In this document: positions 47,902 to 57,705 of the stretch, one piece after another
How positions within the stretch are numbered: the stretch's first letter is position 1
Layout of the letters: the number at the start of each line of letters is the position of its first letter
NCBI GenBank assembly: GCA_029259175.1
Contig: JAPDJH010000002.1
Coordinates: 64,001 to 128,000 of the forward strand
Source of the DNA: Hadesarchaea archaeon
GTDB lineage: Archaea; Hadarchaeota; Hadarchaeia; Hadarchaeales; Hadarchaeaceae
Direction of reading: 5' to 3'
DNA: 64,000 nt
Notes under the pieces: generated by a model
The model's input: only the letters and a program-made list of their open reading frames with translations
The model's database searches: none
What the model was told of the DNA's origin: nothing
Made by a program: the position numbers and the translations under genes

Positions 47902-49062
47902 TTACCAGCCTCTTTCCAAGATGTGAATAACCGTGTTGTTTCCGAATCCTCCGAAGTTGCAAGCCAACGCTCGCTTGGGATCTTTTACTTGGCGCTCACC
48001 GCATTCCCCTCGGAGTTGCCATGTGAGCTCAACCACTTGAGCCACCCCCGTCGCTCCTACCGGGTGTCCTCGCGCTTTGAGACCGCCTGACGGGTTAATG
48101 GGCAAATCTCCGTTTATGCTAGTGACCCCCTTTTCAACGGCGAGATGAGCAGTTCCCTTTTCGAAAAATCCTATGTCCTCGCTCTCGGCCAATTCTAAAA
48201 TTTCGAACGCATCGTGGAGTTCAACTACATCGATATCCGACGGTCCACACCCCGCCATCTTGAAAGCGCGTTCTGCCGCCAGTTTTACCGATTTCAGCAC
48301 AGCGGGATCTTCTCGTTCTTGCAGAGCCTGAACGTCTGTTGCTTGTCCAAAGCCAGCAACCCTGACCGGCTTGTCTGTGTATTTCTTCGCTTTGTCCAGC
48401 GGGCACAGCACCACCGCAGCTGCCCCGTCGCTTATCGGGCATACATAGTAAAGCCGCAGCGGATCGGAGATCATGCCTGAACTCATCGCGCCTTCAATCG
48501 TGCACGCACGCTGAATGTGGGCATATGGGTTCTTGAGACCGTTTTCATGATTTTTTACAGCAATCATGGCCAGATGGCGTTCAGTGACTCCATATCTTTC
48601 CATATAGATACGGGTAAGCATGGCCGCCATCGCCGGAAGAGTAACCCCGTGAATATACTCTGCCGTTGGGTGGGTCATGGTGGCCACGAGATCAGTGATT
48701 ATGTCCGTGTCGGCGGTGCTCATTTTTTCTCCACCAGCGACCAAAACCAAGTCGTAATAACCCGAAGCCACGGCCAGAATTCCATTTTTCAAAGCCGATC
48801 CTCCGGCAGCTGGTCCGTTTTCTACTCGATCTGCAGCTGCCGGAATTAGATTGATGCGGTCAACCAGCGAGCTGGCAACGGCGGTCTGGAAAACCGTTTC
48901 GCCGGCCATCATGTTCGCCACGTACACTGCATCGAAGTCTTCTTTTTCGACGTGTGCATCCTTTATGGCTTTGAGGGAGGCCTCGGCTAAGAGATCCATC
49001 AAATCTTCCTTTCGCCTCCCAAACTTCGTCATTCCACATCCGATTATAGCAACGTCTCTCAT
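47902..49062 (-). CDS. thiolase-superfamily protein (archaeal/SCP2-like) lacking the nucleophilic Cys
   Basis: V.IIG.G.T.FG, GGEKM, KNH.NG..NP.A, P.SDGAAA, ELHDAF and NPSGGL..GHP.GATG motifs. Confidence 0.92.
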   Translation of the reverse strand: MRDVAIIGCGMTKFGRRKEDLMDLLAEASLKAIKDAHVEKEDFDAVYVANMMAGETVFQTAVASSLVDRINLIPAAADRVENGPAAGGSALKNGILAVASGYYDLVLVAGGEKMSTADTDIITDLVATMTHPTAEYIHGVTLPAMAAMLTRIYMERYGVTERHLAMIAVKNHENGLKNPYAHIQRACTIEGAMSSGMISDPLRLYYVCPISDGAAAVVLCPLDKAKKYTDKPVRVAGFGQATDVQALQEREDPAVLKSVKLAAERAFKMAGCGPSDIDVVELHDAFEILELAESEDIGFFEKGTAHLAVEKGVTSINGDLPINPSGGLKARGHPVGATGVAQVVELTWQLRGECGERQVKDPKRALACNFGGFGNNTVIHILERGW

Positions 49063-49153
49063 CGCCCTCCCCCATCCGAGATGGTTTTCTTTCTATATAA
49101 TCTCACCGGAATGAAGAACCGATAGCCTATAACTGCCGTGAGGTCACTATAGA

Positions 49154-49522
49154 ATGATGTCCGCCGAAGCACTTCGGTACATCGAATACGTGTTTGCGGG
49201 TGTTCTGTTTTTGGTGATCGTGTCGTCAGCGATTGTGCTGTTTCAACAGACCGCAAGCAAAAACGCGTTTTTTGATGATGTCCAAGGCTTGGTGCTGGTT
49301 ATAAACTCTATGAGCAACCCCGGCACAATTCAATACTATTCTCTTAAAATCCCAGATGGAGCGCAAGTGGTTTTTGATGACCGCGTTGTCTCAGCACTGA
49401 TAAACGGTGACTCCGAAAATTTCAACATAGAGGTCCCGGTGATCCCCATAGTGTTATCAGAAGGAAATTATGACTTGAAACTCGTGCGAGCCGAGAACGG
49501 GGTGGAAATCATTGTTAGGTGA
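49154..49522 (+). CDS. hypothetical membrane-anchored protein, pilin-like architecture
   Basis: Short leader, Glu then a hydrophobic helix, followed by a small beta-rich domain. Confidence 0.6.
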   Translation: MMSAEALRYIEYVFAGVLFLVIVSSAIVLFQQTASKNAFFDDVQGLVLVINSMSNPGTIQYYSLKIPDGAQVVFDDRVVSALINGDSENFNIEVPVIPIVLSEGNYDLKLVRAENGVEIIVR

Positions 49523-50543
49523 AGAAAGGGGTGCACACGAAGTCCCGCTGATAGTGATTTTTGGAGTTTTCCTAGCGTTTCTGCTTATGCTGATTTTTGT
49601 CAATGTTTACTCACAGCAGGCAGGGGCGCGCGTCGACGAAGAAGCCAATTCATTGCTTGAGCAGTTGTCTCAAACCGTCTTCCAGTCTTTTTCTACCCAA
49701 ACTGTCTCATCAGTGCAACTTCCGCTCACTTTGGGTGGGTGCCAGTACGTGCTAGAGGTAGTTGATAACTCCAATTTGATTGTCCGTATCCTTTCCGGGC
49801 TACGAGCTGGTTCGGAGTACATCATAATCAGCCAGATTCCTCTTTCCCCCGACAACTCAGCCTATCAGCCGGGAACCACGCTTTATTTTGGATCTTCCGA
49901 CTCTTCTGTCCTCTTGTCCCAGAAACCAATCGAGATAACAGAATCTGAGTCACCTCAGTTTGCTGGAACACCTCCTCCGGAGTTTTACTATTTCGCCAAG
50001 AAACATCCGGTGGAGGCGGCGAGCATTCTCGAAGCGTTTTTCGTTGTTCGCGAGAATCTTGAGGTAGCAGATGCTTCCAGATATGCTTACGAGGAAAACT
50101 CCGTGCTGGTTGAATTGAGGTTGGAGAATGATGATACTCTTCTGGTAAAAGCGAAGCTAGTTCTTGATACTATGAAAGTCGGTGCCGTGGAAAATGCTGT
50201 TGTGGTTTCGGCCGTGGAATCTCACGCAGGGGAACAAGGAGAGCTAGTGGGGTGTCCGTCCGTGGATAATGCTTGGATGTCTGGATGGGTCTATTCACCG
50301 TCCGAGGTCCTCGCGCACTTGAGTTCCAGAACGTGGAAAAATGAGAACGATGTGGCGGTGTCCCTTTCTTCTGATGCACGCGTCTCAGCGGCAGCGGTCA
50401 CCACTAATGTTGGTCAGTACCCCGCTTGGCGCGTCGAGTCTCCCCCGTACGTGATTTATTATAGAGCCATGCCGTGGTGGGAGCTGGAAAATGAGCCCGG
50501 CTTTCTTTTCCAATCCTATCCTCCGCTGGAACCAGTAATTTAG
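49512..50543 (+). CDS. hypothetical protein with a possible class III (prepilin) signal peptide
   Basis: MLGEERG|AHEVPLIVIFGVFLAFLLMLIF; acidic Ser/Val-rich extracellular domain; overlaps the upstream ORF. Confidence 0.6.
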   Translation: MLGEERGAHEVPLIVIFGVFLAFLLMLIFVNVYSQQAGARVDEEANSLLEQLSQTVFQSFSTQTVSSVQLPLTLGGCQYVLEVVDNSNLIVRILSGLRAGSEYIIISQIPLSPDNSAYQPGTTLYFGSSDSSVLLSQKPIEITESESPQFAGTPPPEFYYFAKKHPVEAASILEAFFVVRENLEVADASRYAYEENSVLVELRLENDDTLLVKAKLVLDTMKVGAVENAVVVSAVESHAGEQGELVGCPSVDNAWMSGWVYSPSEVLAHLSSRTWKNENDVAVSLSSDARVSAAAVTTNVGQYPAWRVESPPYVIYYRAMPWWELENEPGFLFQSYPPLEPVI

Positions 50544-51748
50544 AATAGTTCTACTTCTACACTCTCTCCCTTACGCAGTCCTTCTATATTCTCTGGTATT
50601 AGCACAAAACCATCCGCGTTTACTAAAGAACTCAGAATTCCAGAACCAGTGATCCTCATCGGCTCAGCCAAGACTTGCTTACCAGCTTTTCGAATCTTTA
50701 CTCGCAAGATGTCCGTTCTTCCCACTGTTGATCCTACATCGCTTGTTAGAAGTGCTTTGACTGTTTTCTTCCCATACTGAGGAGGAAGACCGCGGAGTTT
50801 CATAATGACTGGCTTCACAAATACATGAAAGGCAAGCAACGAGGCAACGGGGAAGCCGGGCAAACAAAAAACGGGCATGCCTTCGATCAATCCAAAGGCA
50901 GTTGGCGATGCGGGGCGCATAGAGACCCCATGAAAAATAAGCTTTCCTAATCTTTGAACACATTCTGGGGCATAGTCCCTCTTACCGACCGAAGTGCCAC
51001 CCGAGATGATTATCAAGTCACATTCGGTTATTCGTAGGAGCTCTTTTTCGAGCAGCTTGGGATCATCCGAAACCCTTTTCATCGAGACAAGATGTGCTCC
51101 ACACTCGCTCACCGCGCTGGAAAGAGAATAACTGTTCACATCGATCGTTTTGTTTTTTTCGACTTTCCACGGAGAGACTAGTTCATCGCCGGTCGTTATA
51201 AGAGACACTCGGGGCAGTGGGTGAACCCTGACTTTGAGTTTCCGAAGCTGAGCTAGCATCCCGATTTCCTGTGGACGAAGCAAAGTCCCCGCTCTCATGA
51301 TCAGCTCCCCCTTTTTCACATCCTCTCCTTTTCTGGACACATTCCTTCCGGGAGCTAGTGGTCTGAGAACTTGAAGGATATCACCTCGTACTATTGTATG
51401 TTCCAGCATTACCACTGCATCCGCGCCAGAAGGAAGAGGATCTCCCGTCGTTACTTCCATGGCTTCTCCCTTTTTCAGTCTTTTTCTTTTGCTGGCTATT
51501 CTGAGCACTGCGGGCTTGTTTTGACTTGCCCTATAGGTGTCCGAAGCTCTGACAGCATATCCGTCTACAGCTGATCTATCAAATGAGGGAACATCTTCTG
51601 TCGCGACGATGTCTTCAGCCAATACGAGCCCATGCGCATTATGAAAGACCACTGAGTGAGGGGGGAGAGGGCTCACGTGGGAAAGCGCGTTCTTTAAGGC
51701 AACAGAGAAGGGAATGTATTCTTGGAATCCTTTTCCTCGTACCTTCAT
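50540..51748 (-). CDS. moeA: molybdopterin molybdotransferase
   Basis: P.FDRSAVDGYA, TG..LP.GADAVVM.E, TGDEL, SGG.SVG..D and LPG.P motifs. Confidence 0.96.
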   Translation of the reverse strand: MKVRGKGFQEYIPFSVALKNALSHVSPLPPHSVVFHNAHGLVLAEDIVATEDVPSFDRSAVDGYAVRASDTYRASQNKPAVLRIASKRKRLKKGEAMEVTTGDPLPSGADAVVMLEHTIVRGDILQVLRPLAPGRNVSRKGEDVKKGELIMRAGTLLRPQEIGMLAQLRKLKVRVHPLPRVSLITTGDELVSPWKVEKNKTIDVNSYSLSSAVSECGAHLVSMKRVSDDPKLLEKELLRITECDLIIISGGTSVGKRDYAPECVQRLGKLIFHGVSMRPASPTAFGLIEGMPVFCLPGFPVASLLAFHVFVKPVIMKLRGLPPQYGKKTVKALLTSDVGSTVGRTDILRVKIRKAGKQVLAEPMRITGSGILSSLVNADGFVLIPENIEGLRKGESVEVELF

Positions 51749-52258
51749 CTACTCACGCGCGTGTTTTACTAAATGTGGAAGCTCTGGGGCTATGATCCGC
51801 ATAGCGATTTTAACGGCATTGGGAGCACCGGGAAGACAAAAGATCAACCGCCCTTGGAAAACCCCTGCAGTCGCTCTCGTGAGCAGGGCGGGGGCACCGA
51901 CTTTTTCATAACCGATTCTTCTTAACACTTCTCCAAAGCCCGGGAGCGTTTTTTCCAATTGAGGTTCGATGGCTTCTATGGTTATATCCCGACGTGTTAT
52001 TCCCGTTCCTCCGGTGAAGATTATCACGTGTTTTTTCTTAATCATTCGTTTGAGAGCTCGCAAAATTTTCTTTTTGCTGTCGGGGACGACAACGCGTTCT
52101 GTTTGATGCCCCCTGCGCTGCAACAAATCCACAATGATTTTTCCTGAGACGTCCGTATCCCTCCCTTTTTTCATGGACTCGTATCGAGAATCACTAACCA
52201 CCACAACCCCGATTTTGAGACGTTTTGGTGCCTCCTTCCTGTGTTTTTGGAAACTCAT
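51749..52258 (-). CDS. moaB: molybdopterin adenylyltransferase MoaB/MogA
   Basis: VSD....D.SG, TGGTG...RD.T.EA, PGFGE, RA.AG and LPG.P motifs. Confidence 0.94.
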   Translation of the reverse strand: MSFQKHRKEAPKRLKIGVVVVSDSRYESMKKGRDTDVSGKIIVDLLQRRGHQTERVVVPDSKKKILRALKRMIKKKHVIIFTGGTGITRRDITIEAIEPQLEKTLPGFGEVLRRIGYEKVGAPALLTRATAGVFQGRLIFCLPGAPNAVKIAMRIIAPELPHLVKHARE

Positions 52259-52692
52259 TGCTTCACCTTTTCTACGACTTTAATTTCTCTGATCGCCGTG
52301 GTGGGATATTGGCCCTGCTCATTCTTTTCCAATCCTTTGGTCATATCCCAAATCGTGAGCAAACCTATGGCGACACCCGTTAGCGCTTCCATTTCCACAC
52401 CAGTTTTCCCAATGCTTTTTACTTCCACTTCCATCTCCACACCATCGTCCAGCAGAGATGTTCGAACGTTCACTCCGGTAATGTGTATGGGGTGTGTCAG
52501 CGGGATAAGTTCCGGAACTTTTTTTACAGCTAAAATAGCCGACGTTTTTGCAACACCTAGAACATCTCCTTTCGGAACTTTTCCTTCAGATATCAGCTTC
52601 ACAGTTTCAGGCTTGAGCTTGATGAAACCTTTGGCTCTAGCAATCCTCACTACATCTCTTTTATCACTTATGTCGATCATCTGAATCTTCAT
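52255..52692 (-). CDS. moaC: cyclic pyranopterin monophosphate synthase
   Basis: M.DIS.K, KGDV, LIPL.HP, TGVEMEAL and DM.K motifs. Confidence 0.97.
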   Translation of the reverse strand: MKIQMIDISDKRDVVRIARAKGFIKLKPETVKLISEGKVPKGDVLGVAKTSAILAVKKVPELIPLTHPIHITGVNVRTSLLDDGVEMEVEVKSIGKTGVEMEALTGVAIGLLTIWDMTKGLEKNEQGQYPTTAIREIKVVEKVKQ

Positions 52693-52704
52693 GGGCTCAC
52701 AAAT

Positions 52705-52989
52705 TTAGTAATACATGCAGTTGGTCAAAAATTCTTCGATTGGACACCAAGCTTGTACTCTTCCAATACGCGTTCGCTTGACCTTTCCCCAAGATTCGAG
52801 AGTTTTCAAAACTTGATTGACTTCTCTGACTCTCCAGTTTAGCACGCGCGCGATATCGCGGCTTCTCATTACTCCATATCGGCGCAATATGAACTCAACA
52901 ATTTCGTGGCGCGCACGCTCTAACCATTCTTCCCCATCCATCTCCATTTCAATGTCTTCTTCGTACCCCAGCGGCTGGATGCCGACCAC
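52705..52989 (-). CDS. small winged-HTH protein
   Basis: I...L.......DIAR.L......V...L..LE..GKV.R.......W pattern. Confidence 0.7.
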   Translation of the reverse strand: MVGIQPLGYEEDIEMEMDGEEWLERARHEIVEFILRRYGVMRSRDIARVLNWRVREVNQVLKTLESWGKVKRTRIGRVQAWCPIEEFLTNCMYY

Positions 52990-53030
52990 CTAATTGATGT
53001 GATGACAGGGGATAAAATAAGATTTTTGGT

Positions 53031-53453
53031 TTACCGCAGTTTTATGATCGACTTTGCGAGTTCTGCCATGTGTTTGAAATGCTCCTGAGTGAGTGGTGCG
53101 CCGAGGCCGATGCCTGGACAGTCTTCCGAGACTTCAAACACTAGACCACCGTCATTTTTTGATACCAAGAATGGGTATAATCGACAAACGGTGGGACGTA
53201 TATCATATATCTGGCATGCTTTGTTTTTCAAGAAAATACATACTCCGTTGCGTTTTTTCATTTTGTATTTGAAATTGCCCAAGCCCGAGATAGGCGACGC
53301 AAATTCCAGTGGTTTTAAACCGGTTTTCTTTGATATTTTTTTGACCTCGCTTTCCAACAAATAGATGATGCGGCCACGATGAGGAGTATCTCCACAACAT
53401 CGGGCGCAACGCTGGCACTCAAATCGCACGTTTTTCGGCGCGCGAATGTTCAT
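53031..53453 (-). CDS. YkgJ family cysteine-cluster protein
   Basis: F.C.RC..CC, C.FL....C.IY..RP..CR.YPF and CPG motifs. Confidence 0.92.
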   Translation of the reverse strand: MNIRAPKNVRFECQRCARCCGDTPHRGRIIYLLESEVKKISKKTGLKPLEFASPISGLGNFKYKMKKRNGVCIFLKNKACQIYDIRPTVCRLYPFLVSKNDGGLVFEVSEDCPGIGLGAPLTQEHFKHMAELAKSIIKLR

Positions 53454-53562
53454 AGCACCTATCTTTTTTTTGTTTTCATCGTTTTTATACTCGTAGCCAA
53501 CACTCGTTTTTGCTCGTTAATGTATTTTTTAAGGCATTCAATCTAAAAGTAGTTGAGAGAAC

Positions 53563-53793
53563 ATGCAGGTGATAGTGTATATCCGCACGGAGCCGGGCAA
53601 GGCGCTAGACATTTTGGGAAAAATAAAAGGTCTGCCGGGTGTGAAATTCGCCGCTGCAACCACCGGTCGCTTTGATATCGTCGCCCGACTAGAAGTCGCT
53701 GATGTGGAAGGAATCGGAAAATCTGTAGTTGGCGAGATCCAGCAAATCCCAGGTGTCCGATATACTGAGACTTCACTGATCGTGGCCACCTGA
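53563..53793 (+). CDS. stand-alone Lrp/AsnC ligand-binding (RAM) domain protein
   Basis: 76 aa, TG.FDI......I..IPGV..TET with no HTH. Confidence 0.9.
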   Translation: MQVIVYIRTEPGKALDILGKIKGLPGVKFAAATTGRFDIVARLEVADVEGIGKSVVGEIQQIPGVRYTETSLIVAT

Positions 53794-53846
53794 TTTAAAT
53801 AACTTGGTTCGAGAGAAGTCAGGGGATCGCTCTGACAACAGTCTCC

Positions 53847-54791
53847 TTGGTGAGCAAAGTTGGCCGGGTTAGAGTATACAAGGTCAGCAATCCCGCGCTA
53901 CCCAAGCGGAGTTTTATACTCTCGATTCCATGGGCTCAGCGGATAATTTATGATCCTAGCATATGTGGTCTTAAACTTGAGGACTTGGCGAAAAAATGTA
54001 GTGAAGAATTCCTCCGAGTTGCGTGGGAACTCGTTCCTCTCTTCAGACGATTGAGAAACTTTCAGATTGCCGAGTTGGTGGTTCTTAGGGGAAGTCTGGG
54101 TTATCACTTTGATCAGGCATACCGAGCGGTATTTGGCAGATATTTGCCCCGATGTTTTGTAGGCGCCAAGCGGTATCGAATTTCAGGTGGGGAATTTGGA
54201 GCCAACATCTTTTACACCAATTTTGATTCTCTTCCAAGTCGAGGTCTTTTGTTTACAGGGGACACCATCGCTACGGGGGTCTCACTTTCACAGACTCTTG
54301 CGGTTACGCGGAGCGAACTCAGGAATAGAGATTACGATATTTCTGCCCTGCTCGTTTTCACGATCGCTGGTTCTTTCCGTGGTTGTTCTAGGCTATTAGA
54401 ATGGGAAGAAAGATACCGCGAATGGTGGCCGAACTTCCGTGTGTATTTGTTTGCATGCGAGGCCTTGTTTGGTCTGGCCCCCAATGGGACAGATTTGCTT
54501 TTTGCTCATCCCGAAGCTATTCTGCCAGCAGAGACCAAACAGAGAGTGATTCGAAGATATGGGGACCTTGATTCTGGATACCTGCCAAGCCGGATATGTG
54601 CAATATTCGACTGGGGAGATCGAAACTTCAAACCTGACCGTCACTTGGAAGATCTGATCAAGTTTTGTCGCGAGCATTTGCGCAGAACGCGAGAGCCACA
54701 AGCCAGAAGAGTACTTCAAAAGCTCGTGAGTAAAGCCAAAACCGAGCTCAAAAACATTCGCGGAAGAAACCAGTTATACAAACCGAAGTGA
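53847..54791 (+). CDS. divergent type I phosphoribosyltransferase-like protein (UPRT-like)
   Basis: VVLRGSLG and LFTGDTIATGVSL resemble the UPRT ILRAG motif and the PRPP-binding loop. Confidence 0.55.
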   Translation: MVSKVGRVRVYKVSNPALPKRSFILSIPWAQRIIYDPSICGLKLEDLAKKCSEEFLRVAWELVPLFRRLRNFQIAELVVLRGSLGYHFDQAYRAVFGRYLPRCFVGAKRYRISGGEFGANIFYTNFDSLPSRGLLFTGDTIATGVSLSQTLAVTRSELRNRDYDISALLVFTIAGSFRGCSRLLEWEERYREWWPNFRVYLFACEALFGLAPNGTDLLFAHPEAILPAETKQRVIRRYGDLDSGYLPSRICAIFDWGDRNFKPDRHLEDLIKFCREHLRRTREPQARRVLQKLVSKAKTELKNIRGRNQLYKPK

Positions 54792-54828
54792 TTAAAACCA
54801 CGCTTTCTAAACTTTCCTTTTGGTCATA

Positions 54829-57531
54829 ATGAAGCACGAGTTGCCGAAAGATTACGAGCCTCTCAAAGTCGAACCGAAATGGCAGAGAGAGTGGATGGAG
54901 TGGAAGATTTACGAGTTCGATTGGTCTGATCGAACCCGGCCGACTTACGTGATAGACACGCCTCCCCCATATCCGTCCGGCGAATTTCACATGGGAACTG
55001 CTCTGAACTGGACCTACATGGACATTGTTGCTAGGTACAAGCGCATGCGTGGTTACAATGTTTTCTTCCCGCAGGGATGGGATTGTCATGGATTGCCCAC
55101 TGAGGTGCAAGTTGAGAAGAAATACAAAATCAGAAAATCTGATCTGCCTCCAGAGAAGTTTCGAGAACTCTGCGTCAAGCTGACATTAGAGAACATCGAG
55201 CACATGAAAGAGGAAATGAACTCGTTGGGTTTTTCAATCGATTGGTCAACAGAATACAAGACAATGGATCCGGAGTATTATGGTCGAACTCAGCTCTCCT
55301 TTGTGAAATTATATAAGAAGGGTGTTATCTACCGAGGAGAACACCCCGTGAACTGGTGTCCTCGGTGTGAAACTGCGATTGCCGACGCCGAAGTGGAGTA
55401 CGAGGATCGTGAAACGAGATTATACTATATTGACTTTGAGCTGGTCGGTGGCGATAAAATAACTATTGCCACGACTAGACCAGAATTTCTGCCTGCTTGT
55501 GTAGCGATAGCGGTGCACCCCAGCGATGAGCGGTATCGCGGACTGATTGGCAAAAAGGCACGCGTACCACCGTTGGGACAAGAAGTAAAGATAATCTCCG
55601 ATCCTGAAGTAGATCCTGAGTTTGGAACGGGTATTGTGATGATCTGTACATTTGGTGACAAAACCGATGTTAGATGGGTTAAGCGCCACAAGCTCTCGAT
55701 CGTCAAGTTGCTGGACGAGCGAGGGAAAATCACTGAGGCTGGAGGCCCCTATGCAGGCATGGATATAGAAACGTCAAGGCGAAAAATCATAGAAGATTTG
55801 AAGAAAGCAGGACTTGTGAGAAAAGAAGAACCACTTCAGCAAAGTGTTGGTGTGTGCTGGCGTTGCAAGACACCAGTAGAGATTTTATCGAAACCTCAAT
55901 GGTTTATGCGCGTTCTTGATCTCAACGATTTAGCAATCCAGAAGGCAAAGGAGGTCCGCTGGGTTCCATCTCATATGTTAACGAGGTTCGTGGATTGGGC
56001 TCGGTCTATGGACTGGGACTGGGTGATCTCTAGGCAACGTGTATTTGCTACTCCTATCCCGGCTTGGTATTGTAAACAATGTGGAGAGCCATTGGTGGCC
56101 GACGAGCAACATTTGCCCATAACTCCGGGTAAAGATCCGCCTCCTTTTGAGAAATGCCCTCGATGCGGTGGAAAAGAGTTTGAACCAGAACGAGACGTGT
56201 TGGATACTTGGATGGATAGCTCCATCACGATTGCTGTTCATGCTGGTTGGCCCAATATGGATTCGCGGTTGTTTCCAGCCGATTTGCAGCCCAATGGTAC
56301 AGACATCATTCGAACTTGGGATTATTACCTGATGGTTCGACACCTTGCCTTGCTTGGTGAGGCGCCTTATCGCACGGTCTTGATAAACGGAATGGTAGTT
56401 GGAGATGACGGACGAAAGATGTCAAAGTCTCTCGGCAATTACGTGGATACTACTTACGCACGAGGAAAGTGGGGCGCTGACGCGCTGAGGCAGTGGGCGG
56501 TTATTGCTGCCTCGACGGGTGCCGATGTTCCATTCAATTGGAAAGACGTTGAATTTGGACACAGATTCATGCGCAAGTTCTGGAACGCGGCGAGATTTGC
56601 TTACCCTTATCTAGAGGGCGCATCGAAGCTCAAGCTGGAAAAGGTGAAACTCCGTTTGGTCGATCGATGGATTCTCAGTAGATACAATCGATTGGTGAAA
56701 GAGGTCACCGAACATCTTGAAAACTTCGAGTTCAACCATGCGTTACGGAAGATTCACACCTTTGTGTGGCACGAACTATGTGACATGTATATCGAAGAAG
56801 TAAAACATCGTCTGTACGAATCCGCTGAGGACTCGGATGGGGCGCGGGCCGTGCTTTACCATGTAATATTAGGATGCGTACAGATGCTGGCTCCCTTCAT
56901 ACCCCACTTCGCTGAGGAAGTTTTTCAACAAGTTTTCAAGCGCGAGGAAGTATTTGCCTCTATTCAGAGTGTCCACCTATTGTCTTGGCCTTCTTATGAT
57001 GAGAAATGGATTGACAAGCAGACGGAGCGGGCTGGAAAACTTCTTAACTCCGTGGTTTCGGCCGTGCGACAATTGAAAGCCAAAAAACGTTTATCGTTGG
57101 TTCATCCCGTGGAGGAGCTGCAAATTCACACTCCTGACCCCTCCTTGCGAAAGATCATTGATGAGTTGGAGAAGGATATCTGCGGAACTCTCAAAGTTGG
57201 CAAGCTCATCTACTTAGAAACGGCTCCGGCAATCGAGCACACCATCCAGTCGGTTAGCCTAAACTATGCAACGGTTGGACCAAAGTATCGTGGCAAGCTG
57301 AAAATGCTCGAACACGAGTTGCAAAAGCTGACTCCCCAAGAAATTGTTGAAAAAATTAAAGATGGAAAATTGGTTCTGCAAGCGGCTGGAGAAATTTTCG
57401 AGCTTGGGGTTGACGACTTGATAATAAACAGAGAGGTAAGAGTCAAAGAGAAAGATGTCGACGTGGTTGAGACAATAGGTTTTCCGATTGTACTTATCGT
57501 TAGATTAAGTGCCACCGCTTCGAAGAATTGA
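54829..57531 (+). CDS. valS: valine--tRNA ligase (archaeal type)
   Basis: IDTPPP..SG.FHMG, GWDCHGLP, ATTRPE, GTG.VM.C, WVISRQR, DTWMDS and KMSKS motifs. Confidence 0.97.
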   Translation: MKHELPKDYEPLKVEPKWQREWMEWKIYEFDWSDRTRPTYVIDTPPPYPSGEFHMGTALNWTYMDIVARYKRMRGYNVFFPQGWDCHGLPTEVQVEKKYKIRKSDLPPEKFRELCVKLTLENIEHMKEEMNSLGFSIDWSTEYKTMDPEYYGRTQLSFVKLYKKGVIYRGEHPVNWCPRCETAIADAEVEYEDRETRLYYIDFELVGGDKITIATTRPEFLPACVAIAVHPSDERYRGLIGKKARVPPLGQEVKIISDPEVDPEFGTGIVMICTFGDKTDVRWVKRHKLSIVKLLDERGKITEAGGPYAGMDIETSRRKIIEDLKKAGLVRKEEPLQQSVGVCWRCKTPVEILSKPQWFMRVLDLNDLAIQKAKEVRWVPSHMLTRFVDWARSMDWDWVISRQRVFATPIPAWYCKQCGEPLVADEQHLPITPGKDPPPFEKCPRCGGKEFEPERDVLDTWMDSSITIAVHAGWPNMDSRLFPADLQPNGTDIIRTWDYYLMVRHLALLGEAPYRTVLINGMVVGDDGRKMSKSLGNYVDTTYARGKWGADALRQWAVIAASTGADVPFNWKDVEFGHRFMRKFWNAARFAYPYLEGASKLKLEKVKLRLVDRWILSRYNRLVKEVTEHLENFEFNHALRKIHTFVWHELCDMYIEEVKHRLYESAEDSDGARAVLYHVILGCVQMLAPFIPHFAEEVFQQVFKREEVFASIQSVHLLSWPSYDEKWIDKQTERAGKLLNSVVSAVRQLKAKKRLSLVHPVEELQIHTPDPSLRKIIDELEKDICGTLKVGKLIYLETAPAIEHTIQSVSLNYATVGPKYRGKLKMLEHELQKLTPQEIVEKIKDGKLVLQAAGEIFELGVDDLIINREVRVKEKDVDVVETIGFPIVLIVRLSATASKN

Positions 57532-57705
57532 AACAAGCATCAATACTAAAACGAAAGTGAGTAAAAGCAGGATGTTTAGAATTCGTGTTTTTCGCAACTT
57601 GGCTTGTTGCCGTTTGAAAATTTCTTCACAGGAAGGAGAACATATGTATTTTTCTGGCGGCGTGGGTTTGCCGCAAACAATGCAGTGTCTGTGATCTTCA
57701 ACCAT
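57505..57705 (-). CDS. DUF2116 family Zn-ribbon membrane protein
   Basis: H.HC.VCG...P....CS..C followed by a C-terminal TM helix; directly after pyrH. Confidence 0.88.
   Translation of the reverse strand: MVEDHRHCIVCGKPTPPEKYICSPSCEEIFKRQQAKLRKTRILNILLLLTFVLVLMLVSILRSGGT

Noticed and set aside
53455-53540. Repeated TCGTTTTT words
   Set aside because: Too short and irregular for CRISPR or iterons; consistent with an AT-rich divergent promoter
57230-57531. IleRS-like C-terminal segment (LNYATVGPKY) on ValRS
   Set aside because: A similar domain is usual in archaeal ValRS
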